DNA of 64,000 nucleotides. It comes from Candidatus Hermodarchaeum yapensis. Its GTDB lineage: Archaea > Asgardarchaeota > Hermodarchaeia > Hermodarchaeales > Hermodarchaeaceae. This document shows, piece after piece, positions 38,086 to 46,718 of this stretch (positions are counted from its first letter, which is position 1; each line of letters begins with the position of its first letter). The stretch lies in the NCBI GenBank assembly GCA_016840405.1, contig JAEOSK010000001.1, forward strand, positions 32,001 to 96,000, given 5' to 3'. The notes under the pieces were generated by a model. That model worked only from the letters and a program-made list of their open reading frames with translations, was not told the origin of the DNA and searched no databases. A program made the position numbers and the translations under genes.

Positions 38086-39252
38086 ATGTCAATTCAGAAG
38101 AATTGGGTTCTCACTTTGATTCCATTAATATTAGTCTCCCTATTCTCACCGGTTGCAGGAACCCAAATTTTTCCTGTGCAGGGTCGTGATTATTGGCCTA
38201 CAACAGGTTGGCGAATGGCACCACCTGAATCTCAAGGAATGAGTTCCGCCCAGTTAGACGAGTTTTGGGACCAAATGAATGAAGGAGCTGATTTGGGAGG
38301 ATTTGTGCTTATTCGAAACGGGTATCTGTTGTATGAAGTCTATTATCCTGGTGTAGGACCAGAGTATCTATGGAGGCTTGCCTCGATAGCCAAGAGTTTT
38401 ACAGCGGGTGTCCTCGGGGTCGCAATGGCTGATGGCTACATTACAAGTATTAACAACTCTGTTTTGGACTATTTTTCTGATCGAACTTTTGCGAATCCGG
38501 ATCCGCGCAAGGATGCTATGACAATTCGGCATCTCCTCACTATGTCCTCCGGATTTGAATCTAATGCCGCAACAATGGGTTTTAGCTCAGACTGGGTGCA
38601 ATATCTTCTCGATTTACCCATGATTCGTGAACCCGGAGAAGTCTGGAGGTATGACGGAGGGTGTCCGCATCTCATTTCAGCAATAATTAGTAAATCAACG
38701 GGAATATCTATGCTCGATTTGGCTCGAGAAAAGCTTTTTACCCCGATGGGAATTTCTAATTTTGAGTGGGATGCAGACCCACAAGGCAATACAATCGGAT
38801 TTGGGAACCTCGCTTTGAGTCTACGGGATTTAGCCAAATTCGGCTATCTGTATTTGAATAATGGTTCTTGGGGGCCTTTTCAGCTACTTCCCGCCGAATG
38901 GGTGACCGAATGTACTAAAGCACATTTTCTGTTTTCTAATGGCTATGGTTATGGCTATCAATGGTGGGTTGATCCGATAATTTCGGGGTACTCTATGCGT
39001 GGGGCTGGTGGTCTGCGAGTATTCATACTGCCGAAACAGGACCTTGTCCTTGCAATTGCTGGCGCAATCAGGTACACTTATTTAGATTTCTACTCGGTCT
39101 TTGAGGAATATCTCTTTCCTGCAATAATTGGTGACACTATTAATTACACACCATCAGTTGGGGAACAAATCTTTCCATTCATAGTAGTTCTTCTACTTAC
39201 TGTGATTCCAGTTATTGTCGGTAACATGTATCAACAAAGAAAACGGCATTAA
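38086..39252 (+). CDS. Secreted serine hydrolase, paralog 2
   Basis: SIAK, WRYDGG, same architecture as paralog 1. Confidence 0.9.
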   Translation: MSIQKNWVLTLIPLILVSLFSPVAGTQIFPVQGRDYWPTTGWRMAPPESQGMSSAQLDEFWDQMNEGADLGGFVLIRNGYLLYEVYYPGVGPEYLWRLASIAKSFTAGVLGVAMADGYITSINNSVLDYFSDRTFANPDPRKDAMTIRHLLTMSSGFESNAATMGFSSDWVQYLLDLPMIREPGEVWRYDGGCPHLISAIISKSTGISMLDLAREKLFTPMGISNFEWDADPQGNTIGFGNLALSLRDLAKFGYLYLNNGSWGPFQLLPAEWVTECTKAHFLFSNGYGYGYQWWVDPIISGYSMRGAGGLRVFILPKQDLVLAIAGAIRYTYLDFYSVFEEYLFPAIIGDTINYTPSVGEQIFPFIVVLLLTVIPVIVGNMYQQRKRH

Positions 39253-39338
39253 ATACCATTTTGTTCTTGCTTTTTATGGGATGCTGAAAACAGAATTTGC
39301 TGGTTACTAAACTGTTAAGAAATTCTCTAACACAAGTC

Positions 39339-39374
39339 GAAAATCGTACCTGCCGGTTCCCGTTCATAAAAATA
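39339..39374 (+). promoter_or_regulatory. Conserved 36-bp upstream element, copy 3
   Basis: Identical to copy 2. Confidence 0.8.
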
Positions 39375-39417
39375 TATGATAAACCTTCTCTGGTTCACCT
39401 AACGGGTGCTGCTATAC

Positions 39418-40581
39418 ATGTCAACACAGAAGAATTGGATTCTCGTTCTAATCCCCCTGGTCTTGGCCTCAGTAATCACACCTGTAACCAGCACCCACTT
39501 TACACCCATTCAAGATCGTGATTATTGGCCCACCGCTGGATGGCGAATACAACCACCTGAATCTCAAGGAATGAATTCTACTCGACTAGACGAATTTTGG
39601 AATCACATACACCCAATAGATGGACTAACAGGTTTTCTGCTAATCCGTAATGGATACCTGTTGTATGAAGCTTACTGGCCAAACTTAGGACCAGACACTC
39701 TTGGGACAGTAGCATCAATTACCAAAAGCATTTCCGCAACAATCCTCGGTGCTGCGATAGCAGATGGTTATGTCACAAGCGTCAATGATTCGGTCTTGGA
39801 CTATTTTACAGACCGAACTATTGCAAACCCGAGTCCACAGAAAGACGCTATGACCATATGGCATTTGCTCACGATGTCCTCGGGATTTGAGTCTAGTGCA
39901 CAAACAATGGGATTGGCGCCAGACTGGATTCAGTATGTCCTCGATTTACCAATGGTCAACGATCCAGGAGCGGTTTGGAACTATGATGCTGGTTGTTCAC
40001 ATCTCATCTCGGCAATCATTTCCCAAACCACAGGTATGTCTATGGCGACGTATGCTCAAGCTCGGGTTTTGGGACCGATGGGAATCTCGGTTTATGAATG
40101 GCCCACAGATCCACAAGGAATAACAACGGGATTTGGAGGGCTAGAATTAAAATTACGAGACTTAGCAAAATTTGGCTACCTATTCTTGAATAATGGTACC
40201 TGGGGTCCTTTTCAAATTATACCCACAGAATGGGTGGCGGCCTGCACTCACTCATACTTTAATTTCACTATTGATGGTTATGGGTACCAGTGGTGGGTTG
40301 ATCCAGAACTCTCTGGATATTCCATGCGTGGGGCTGGTGGAAAGCGAGTTTTTATTCTTCCTGAACAAGACCTTGTACTCGTCTTTGCTGGAGCTACCAC
40401 CTATAGCATTTTAGACTTCTATTCGCTCTTCGAGGAATTTCTTTATCCCGCCATCATCGGAGATACCACTAGTTTACAGCAACCCGTTCAAGAGCAGGTT
40501 TTACCATTCGTGCTCGTACTCCTGATAATCATCATCCCACTTGTCGTAGGAACCAAGTACATACAAAGAAAACGGTCCTAA
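39418..40581 (+). CDS. Secreted serine hydrolase, paralog 3
   Basis: SITK, WNYDAG, same architecture as paralog 1. Confidence 0.9.
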   Translation: MSTQKNWILVLIPLVLASVITPVTSTHFTPIQDRDYWPTAGWRIQPPESQGMNSTRLDEFWNHIHPIDGLTGFLLIRNGYLLYEAYWPNLGPDTLGTVASITKSISATILGAAIADGYVTSVNDSVLDYFTDRTIANPSPQKDAMTIWHLLTMSSGFESSAQTMGLAPDWIQYVLDLPMVNDPGAVWNYDAGCSHLISAIISQTTGMSMATYAQARVLGPMGISVYEWPTDPQGITTGFGGLELKLRDLAKFGYLFLNNGTWGPFQIIPTEWVAACTHSYFNFTIDGYGYQWWVDPELSGYSMRGAGGKRVFILPEQDLVLVFAGATTYSILDFYSLFEEFLYPAIIGDTTSLQQPVQEQVLPFVLVLLIIIIPLVVGTKYIQRKRS

Positions 40582-40737
40582 AACACAATTGATACTGTTC
40601 AGTATATCGGAACGAATACGTCGCCTACTCTAGATGTGTAAAAACCTTTTTCTGCGCCCCCTCCAAACCTTGATTGAAGCCAAGGCGACAGACTCCTTAC
40701 GGTCGACTCAAGTTCCTTTGCTAGAAGGTGTGTTAGT

Positions 40738-41757
40738 ATCCCTCGTGGGCTAGTTCTCAGTCATTGGGACACCAAAGAAGGACTCAAGATACTAGCCAAT
40801 TATCCGGCATCCTTAGAAATTGATGCCGAACAACTTTCGATGATGTTTTTCAACTGCGCTCCCGAAGAATCAGAGCATATTTTCAAAGTCTTTCCTTCAA
40901 AGGATGTAACAGAGCGCGCAGCAGTAGCTTGCACCAGAAGTCTGCGTGATGGCATCGAAGATGATATCTTCATTACTGCACTCCTCACCGCCGAGGAAGA
41001 AGGATCTGTGTACGAAGAAATCCTCACCGCTACACTTCAACGGCTCCTAAAATTGAAAGGCGATCCGGTAAAAAAGCAACGCAGGTATCGTCAAATCCTC
41101 TCTGACAGTTATCGAAAAATCGAACGCCGTGGGGGCTCACGCGACCGCTCTCTCTGTCCTTACATGTATGAACGACCCATAAGAGACGATGAGATTACAT
41201 CCTTCTGTCGTGTTGTCAAAAAACAATGCTATCTCACCATCTATGAAATGCCCGGGTATCCCCAATGTCCGCGATATATTCGCCGTCAACGACAAATCCA
41301 ACTTGCCAACGCCCGTCAACTGGTACGTGCAGGTATCCAGCGTATCCTTGAAGACCACGACCAACAACGTCAAGACGCTAAACACCATAAACCAGGTACC
41401 TGGAGCGAACCCATTCATACAATTCTTGATCGCGTTTTTGCTGTCCTCAGTCTGTCAGAAAAAACCGAAGATCTCTCCCATAATATCGTCGAACACGTCG
41501 GGAAAGAAGGGCTTTTTCAGGGGCATCCTCGCCCCATTGTTGCTGCTTCTATCGCCTATTATGCTGCAAAACAGACTGGCGACTCTCTACCCGAAAATGA
41601 TATAATCGAACTCGTCGGATGTTCTCGTACTTCCCTACGCCGAAACTACCGGGAACTTCGAAGCCTTCTCGGCTCTGATATAAAGAAACTCCCCATGCAA
41701 AAACCACGGCGGCGACGTACAAGCACCCAAGATAAAGCGGTTACTCGCGCTGAATAA
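40738..41757 (+). CDS. Longin/uDENN-like domain + Cys4 Zn-finger + single TFIIB(TFB) cyclin/HTH domain fusion
   Basis: Frame is open 34 codons upstream of the track start (IPRGLVLSHWDTKEGLKILANYP...) and matches the N-terminus of the 42846 protein; C-terminus LSLSEK...GLFQG....VAASIAYYA...IIELVGCSRTSLRRNYREL matches the TFB C-terminal repeat. Confidence 0.75.
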   Translation: MPRGLVLSHWDTKEGLKILANYPASLEIDAEQLSMMFFNCAPEESEHIFKVFPSKDVTERAAVACTRSLRDGIEDDIFITALLTAEEEGSVYEEILTATLQRLLKLKGDPVKKQRRYRQILSDSYRKIERRGGSRDRSLCPYMYERPIRDDEITSFCRVVKKQCYLTIYEMPGYPQCPRYIRRQRQIQLANARQLVRAGIQRILEDHDQQRQDAKHHKPGTWSEPIHTILDRVFAVLSLSEKTEDLSHNIVEHVGKEGLFQGHPRPIVAASIAYYAAKQTGDSLPENDIIELVGCSRTSLRRNYRELRSLLGSDIKKLPMQKPRRRRTSTQDKAVTRAE

Positions 41758-41778
41758 ACAACAAGGAGAACACAACAT

Positions 41779-42648
41779 ATGATTCACAATGTCTTCATCA
41801 TGAACCGTGACGGACGTATCGCCTTCCACCGCCAATACTGGTCAGTTGATATTACCACCGAAATCCGCCAAGAATTCATTGCCACCTACAAACACTTCGA
41901 AAAGGACCTGGGTCCCACCGTCGACCTTCCAATCCACGTTAAAAACAATAAATTCCTCTACACCGATCTGGGCACCCACCTTCTCCTTGTCTTCGCGGTC
42001 GATACCAGCGACGAAGATGAAACCATCCGTGAATACCTCAAAAAAACCCGTGAACTTCTCATCACTAAATACAGCCACGAAATCGACTCATACATCCAAA
42101 ACCCCGTTCCCCTTGGCCAAGCCTTTCAAGAATTCGCCAAAGAACTTGACAGCGTTATCGTCACCATGCTCAAAATCTGCCTCCTCGGACAAGGCGGCGT
42201 CGGCAAATCTACCATGCTCAAACTCCTCACCGCTGACAGCATCCCTGGCGAATACTACCCCACGATTGCGGTCGACATCGAAACCCTCCAAGGCGTCCGA
42301 TTTGGTCCCTATGAATTGGCGGTCTGGGATTTTGCAGGTCAAGACCGCTTCCGTTCACTCTGGAACTATTATCTCCGTAATGCCGATGCCGTATTGTTAG
42401 TAACCGATTCGACGTTGAAGAATGTGCTCGAAACCCGCGACATTCTTGAGGTTGTACGGAAAAACGCGCCTTCCTCAATTGTCTGGTCGATTGCAAACAA
42501 ACAGGATCTCCCCGGAGCACTAGCTCCGAAACTGGTTCAACGTATTCTCGGTGTTCAATCCTACGGGCTAGTAGCAATTGATCCCCGGTATCGCGAAGTG
42601 CTTTATAAGATAATTCTCGGGGCTGTAGCTGAAGCGACTACGGACTAG
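41779..42648 (+). CDS. Longin-like domain plus Arf/Rab-superfamily small GTPase
   Basis: MIHNVFIMNRDG longin-like start; GQGGVGKS, YYPTI, WDFAGQ, ANKQD. Confidence 0.92.
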   Translation: MIHNVFIMNRDGRIAFHRQYWSVDITTEIRQEFIATYKHFEKDLGPTVDLPIHVKNNKFLYTDLGTHLLLVFAVDTSDEDETIREYLKKTRELLITKYSHEIDSYIQNPVPLGQAFQEFAKELDSVIVTMLKICLLGQGGVGKSTMLKLLTADSIPGEYYPTIAVDIETLQGVRFGPYELAVWDFAGQDRFRSLWNYYLRNADAVLLVTDSTLKNVLETRDILEVVRKNAPSSIVWSIANKQDLPGALAPKLVQRILGVQSYGLVAIDPRYREVLYKIILGAVAEATTD

Positions 42649-42845
42649 AACTCACTTATGCCATCGTACAATATGCCTGCTTTGTTGTGAAAAATTGCGG
42701 AAAGCAATACGGTAAACCTTACCTTGTAAGGAGTCGGCAAACAAGTTAAATACGGGAATCTGAATAGTCAAAAAGGAGTGCCAATAGGTCACTTTAAGTA
42801 ATAAAGCTACAGAAACCATTTGAATAAACGGGAGGCTAAGTAAAA

Positions 42846-44444
42846 ATGCCACACGGATTAAGTGTATGTAGATGGGACGATAAAGTAGGTCTCCGCATTG
42901 TGGGAGTGTATCCGCGTAATCTTGGTGTGTCCGAAGATGACATGTTGCGTGTGTTTACGGCGCATGCGATGGGCAAACCGGAAGCGGGTTTTTTGACGAT
43001 GACTCTTGAGGGGACGAATCTGGCGGTGGCCTCGTTTTATACGGGCATTTTGCGGGGTCGGGACCAGTTTTGTATTATGTTGTTTATGGAGCTCGATGAA
43101 GAGCCCCGAAGTTATGAAGAGGGTTTGACATTAGCGTCAAGTGAGATTGTCGAAAATATTGGTGAACCAGAGTTTGTAGAATACATGGGTGAAGTGTTTG
43201 AGAAACTGAAGCGGATGGTGGAACTGTCTGTAGAGCAGCGACTTGCCAAGGTGTTTGTTGATCATGAGACGCGGTTATTGATGCATAAGCTAGCCCGCGG
43301 TGGCATCCCTGCTGAAGAGTTGCGAGAGTGGCTAGAGTTACAGACTGGGAAACACTACCCTGATTTAGGTCTAGTTACCTTACCGTTACTGCGGAGCGGG
43401 TTAGTAGAAGAAGACTGGATTAATGCAGTCTCAGACAACTGTGTTTTCTTGGTGAATGACCTGTTGGGCGCGCGGTTTCCACCCGAGCAAGTGATCAAAC
43501 TGGCCAAGGGTGGCGGATTGAATAAGGAACAGTTACGCGAACTCGAAACCCGAGTGAAGAGCTTCTTTGAAGGGTATCAGTGGACGGAAGAAGACACCAT
43601 CATGATGGGGCAGCTGCTTCTTGACCCAGATATTTACGATGTGACAAAGACGTTGCGTCGGAAAATTACGCATAAATCCGAGTTAGCTGGTGTCGTCGAA
43701 AAAGAAGCCTCCCTTGATAATGTGCTTCGGCGATTAGAACAGGCACAAGTGATTACAAAATTTGGAGCGAATGCCATCGAGGTAGCAGCTAAAGATGATC
43801 CGCTGATTGTATTAATGGCGGATGTACACTTCGAATCTTTCTTCCCAGAGTTCTTGGTTTTACGAATTCAAGAGCGACTCGAGGCAAAGGATATTCATCC
43901 GGATATCGCAAAACGGCATCTTGAGTTACTCAGTGAAACGTACATGCGTATGCGTGAGAAGATGAAGGAACGCAAGAAGCGGAAAGAGGAAGAAGAGAAA
44001 GCCGAGGAAGAACTCCCTGAAATGGAAGGGGAAATGGTACCTCCTCCTGAACCAGCAGAAATTGAAACTCCTGAGGTCCTCGAATCGGCGCCCGCTGACG
44101 AAGAAGAAGCTAAGCGAATTAAAAAAGAAGAAGAGATAGCGCGAAAAGAGGAACAGAAGCGGCTCAAAGAAGAGGAAAAGCGTCTAAAGGCTGAAGAGAA
44201 ACAGAAGAAGAAAGACGAAGAAAAGGCGCAGAAAGAGGAAGAGAAGAAGCGTAAGGAAGAGGAGAAGCAGAAGAAGAAGGAAGAGGAACAGAAGCGTAAG
44301 GAAGAGGAGAAGCGCCTGAAGGAAGAGGAGAAGCAGAAGAAGAAGGAAGAGGAACAGAAGCGTAAGGAAGAGGAAAAGAAACGCAAAGAAGAAGAGAAGC
44401 AAAAGAAGAAGGAAGAGAAGAAAAAAGAGAAGGAATCCTCTTAG
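42846..44444 (+). CDS. Longin/uDENN-like Asgard-type protein with winged-helix-like middle and ER/K charged tail
   Basis: MPHGLSVCRWDDKVGLRIVGVYP N-domain; about 110-aa E/K/R repeat tail. Confidence 0.75.
   Translation: MPHGLSVCRWDDKVGLRIVGVYPRNLGVSEDDMLRVFTAHAMGKPEAGFLTMTLEGTNLAVASFYTGILRGRDQFCIMLFMELDEEPRSYEEGLTLASSEIVENIGEPEFVEYMGEVFEKLKRMVELSVEQRLAKVFVDHETRLLMHKLARGGIPAEELREWLELQTGKHYPDLGLVTLPLLRSGLVEEDWINAVSDNCVFLVNDLLGARFPPEQVIKLAKGGGLNKEQLRELETRVKSFFEGYQWTEEDTIMMGQLLLDPDIYDVTKTLRRKITHKSELAGVVEKEASLDNVLRRLEQAQVITKFGANAIEVAAKDDPLIVLMADVHFESFFPEFLVLRIQERLEAKDIHPDIAKRHLELLSETYMRMREKMKERKKRKEEEEKAEEELPEMEGEMVPPPEPAEIETPEVLESAPADEEEAKRIKKEEEIARKEEQKRLKEEEKRLKAEEKQKKKDEEKAQKEEEKKRKEEEKQKKKEEEQKRKEEEKRLKEEEKQKKKEEEQKRKEEEKKRKEEEKQKKKEEKKKEKESS
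44256..44420 (+). repeat. Coding tandem repeat, 66-nt unit (EEEKQKKKEEEQKRKEEEKxxK)
   Basis: 53 nt identical starting at 44256 and 44322; third partial unit follows. Confidence 0.85.
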
Positions 44445-44463
44445 GCTCTCAATTCATAGCTCT

Positions 44464-45129
44464 TCAATCTTTGAATGTCTGTTGACGGTGTGCAGCACTG
44501 ATACTACGTGCTGTTTCCCACGTTTTTCGTACAATATCAGGAAACGTGTTATGTGTTCTAATCCAATCACGTAGGAATTTTCTGGTTTTGGGATCATTTG
44601 GGTATCCACTACCGAAGTCTCCATAGTTTCGATGAAGTTCGCGAATTCGCATGTCGCGGCGAACTTTGGCTAAAACGGAGGCGGCAGCAACAACTGGGTA
44701 GGCAGAATCGGCTTTGTGTTCACTCACAACTTTGTTCTTTGCTTTTAATTGTGCAGAAATTAGTCGTCCGTAACGTTCTGCATTGACATCGGAGGCATCG
44801 ACATATGCAATATCCCAGTTCAGCTGGTTCAGAACTTGAGCCATCCATTGGGCTTCTAAAATGTTGAGACTGCGCCGTTGTTCCCGTTGGGTATCAATTT
44901 CTTTTGCACTGATTTCAAGGATTTCGACTTGACTTGCTAGTTGTTGAATTCTTTGTTCGAGGGTTTCTCGCCGTCGGGGCGTTAATTGTTTGGAATCTCT
45001 AACTCCCCACTCAATGAGTGCGTCTTCCTGTGAAGGTTCTATTACAATGCCTGCGATGACGAGTGGACCTATGACGGGTCCTCGACCTGCTTCATCAATC
45101 CCTGCAATTCGTTGCGTCAATCCCAACAC
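44464..45129 (-). CDS. rnhB: Ribonuclease HII
   Basis: GIDEAGRGPVIGP, RDSKQL, HKAD, AASVLAKVRRD, GSGYPND. Confidence 0.96.
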   Translation of the reverse strand: MLGLTQRIAGIDEAGRGPVIGPLVIAGIVIEPSQEDALIEWGVRDSKQLTPRRRETLEQRIQQLASQVEILEISAKEIDTQREQRRSLNILEAQWMAQVLNQLNWDIAYVDASDVNAERYGRLISAQLKAKNKVVSEHKADSAYPVVAAASVLAKVRRDMRIRELHRNYGDFGSGYPNDPKTRKFLRDWIRTHNTFPDIVRKTWETARSISAAHRQQTFKD

Positions 45130-45215
45130 CTGCTTGCTTGTTTCAGTTGTTCCGAAACCATTAACAGCGGTTCAGACTTATTAGTTCCTACTTAATTTGC
45201 TTGCGTGGGGCTTCC

Positions 45216-45500
45216 ATGTCTGAATGTAAATATCCTGAAATATGGCTAAGTATCCTCGACGGGAAATTCCGTGTTTCATCACGGCTACCTCCACCCGCCC
45301 AAGTGCCAGAAGATTTCCGTTGTGTCACACCAGAGGGTGAAATTACGCCTATCTGTGTATCTCCTTTGTACACTACGATTCACGATGCTAAGGGTCGTGC
45401 GGCAACGCTCCAAGCAGACCTCCAACAACAGGGCTGCCGAGTGATCTTTTACTTTGAACTTCGTCCGGCAGTTGTTGGCGACCTTCACCACGATCTATAG
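45216..45500 (+). CDS. Hypothetical protein; overlaps the 3' end of the DedA gene
   Basis: MSECKYPEIW...; fills the gap between rnhB and dedA. Confidence 0.4.
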   Translation: MSECKYPEIWLSILDGKFRVSSRLPPPAQVPEDFRCVTPEGEITPICVSPLYTTIHDAKGRAATLQADLQQQGCRVIFYFELRPAVVGDLHHDL

Positions 45501-46233
45501 CTTCTGGATTCGATTCTGCCTTATCTTCTGCTACCGCTGCTTTTGCCCTCCTAGCACGACGGCGGATGATAATGCGGTAAAGAATGAAAACCACTAAGAA
45601 GACGATTAAAAGGACAAGGATTAGGGTTTCGAAAAGATCTATCATCTCTGCTAAATTTTGCCATCCTACCCCAATTACCCATCCTAAAAGACCAAGAATC
45701 AGATATCGAGGAAGCGCACCCAAGAAGGTGAAAAACGCAAACCGTTTTGCATCCGCCCGCAGAGCTCCATAGAGCACTGAGACAACGGAAAGCGGGATAA
45801 TGGGGACAGCTCGGGCCGTGAATAAGTAGATTTCATCACGGGAAGAAGCCTCCATGTTTTTGCGCATATACTCAATTTCTTCAATAGAAGTTCCTAGATA
45901 TTTACCATACCGTTCGATGATTGGATAACCACCGAAGTAGGCAATGCCATAACCGAAAAATGATCCGATGGTTGCCGCAAGAGCCCCAACTAGCATCACA
46001 CTAAACAGGATTACAAAGATGGACTCCAGAGGCGTTAACTCAAAGGTTAGGATGAATCCCGCTGCCATCGGAACAAGTGGCGATGGAATGGGAGCAATGA
46101 ATGTTTCAATCATAACACCAAAGAACACGCCTACTGGGCCCAATGCAGTGACCCATGAAATAAGAATCCAAATGATACTTTCTACCCACACATCAAACGC
46201 ATGTAACCAGGCGATAATTACGTCAATAATCAA
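45388..46233 (-). CDS. DedA/VTT family membrane protein
   Basis: ETFIAPIPS.LV..AAG, ARAVPIIP, F..FTFLGALPR. Confidence 0.9.
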   Translation of the reverse strand: MIIDVIIAWLHAFDVWVESIIWILISWVTALGPVGVFFGVMIETFIAPIPSPLVPMAAGFILTFELTPLESIFVILFSVMLVGALAATIGSFFGYGIAYFGGYPIIERYGKYLGTSIEEIEYMRKNMEASSRDEIYLFTARAVPIIPLSVVSVLYGALRADAKRFAFFTFLGALPRYLILGLLGWVIGVGWQNLAEMIDLFETLILVLLIVFLVVFILYRIIIRRRARRAKAAVAEDKAESNPEAIDRGEGRQQLPDEVQSKRSLGSPVVGGLLGALPHDP

Positions 46234-46276
46234 TCTTAGCTCTCCTTAGATACGAGCGCTGGGTATTGTTTGGTTT

Positions 46277-46633
46277 TTATTCACCAGGATGCTTACTCAT
46301 TATGTCTTCCCGAGACAGAAACTCGGGATCATCGACGATGGCAATACTACCATAGCGTCCCGCGGAAAGTTCCATCTCGCCACGAAACGTTTTGATAAAA
46401 CCATTTTCAACCTCGACGATTACACCTTCATCAACTTTGTCGATGTCATCATTCCACAGGGACAATTTGATTGTACCTGTTTCATCTCCCGCTTGGGCCG
46501 TGGTAACACGTGCCTTTCCATATCGTGTTTGCACATCTCGAACCGGCTCTAATGTCAAGATACGTAAACGAATGTCAACACGACGCGATGCAGACGTTAG
46601 TTCATGAACTTTCATTTTCTGAAAAACCTTCAT
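46277..46633 (-). CDS. Single OB-fold ssDNA-binding protein (SSB/RPA-like)
   Basis: AGDETGTIKLSLWND...VENGFIKTFRGEMELSAGRYG. Confidence 0.9.
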   Translation of the reverse strand: MKVFQKMKVHELTSASRRVDIRLRILTLEPVRDVQTRYGKARVTTAQAGDETGTIKLSLWNDDIDKVDEGVIVEVENGFIKTFRGEMELSAGRYGSIAIVDDPEFLSREDIMSKHPGE

Positions 46634-46718
46634 AACAGGAATTTACCAAGGATGTACTAATGCACACTTTTAAAAATTGTAGGGTAACAGGTTTTTCGTG
46701 AGACGAAGTGAATTTTGC

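Noticed and set aside
36674-39374. 36-bp repeats as a CRISPR array or integron attC sites
   Set aside because: Spacing is 1.33 kb, the intervening DNA is paralogous genes, the repeat has no attC-like dyad, and there is no cas or integrase gene
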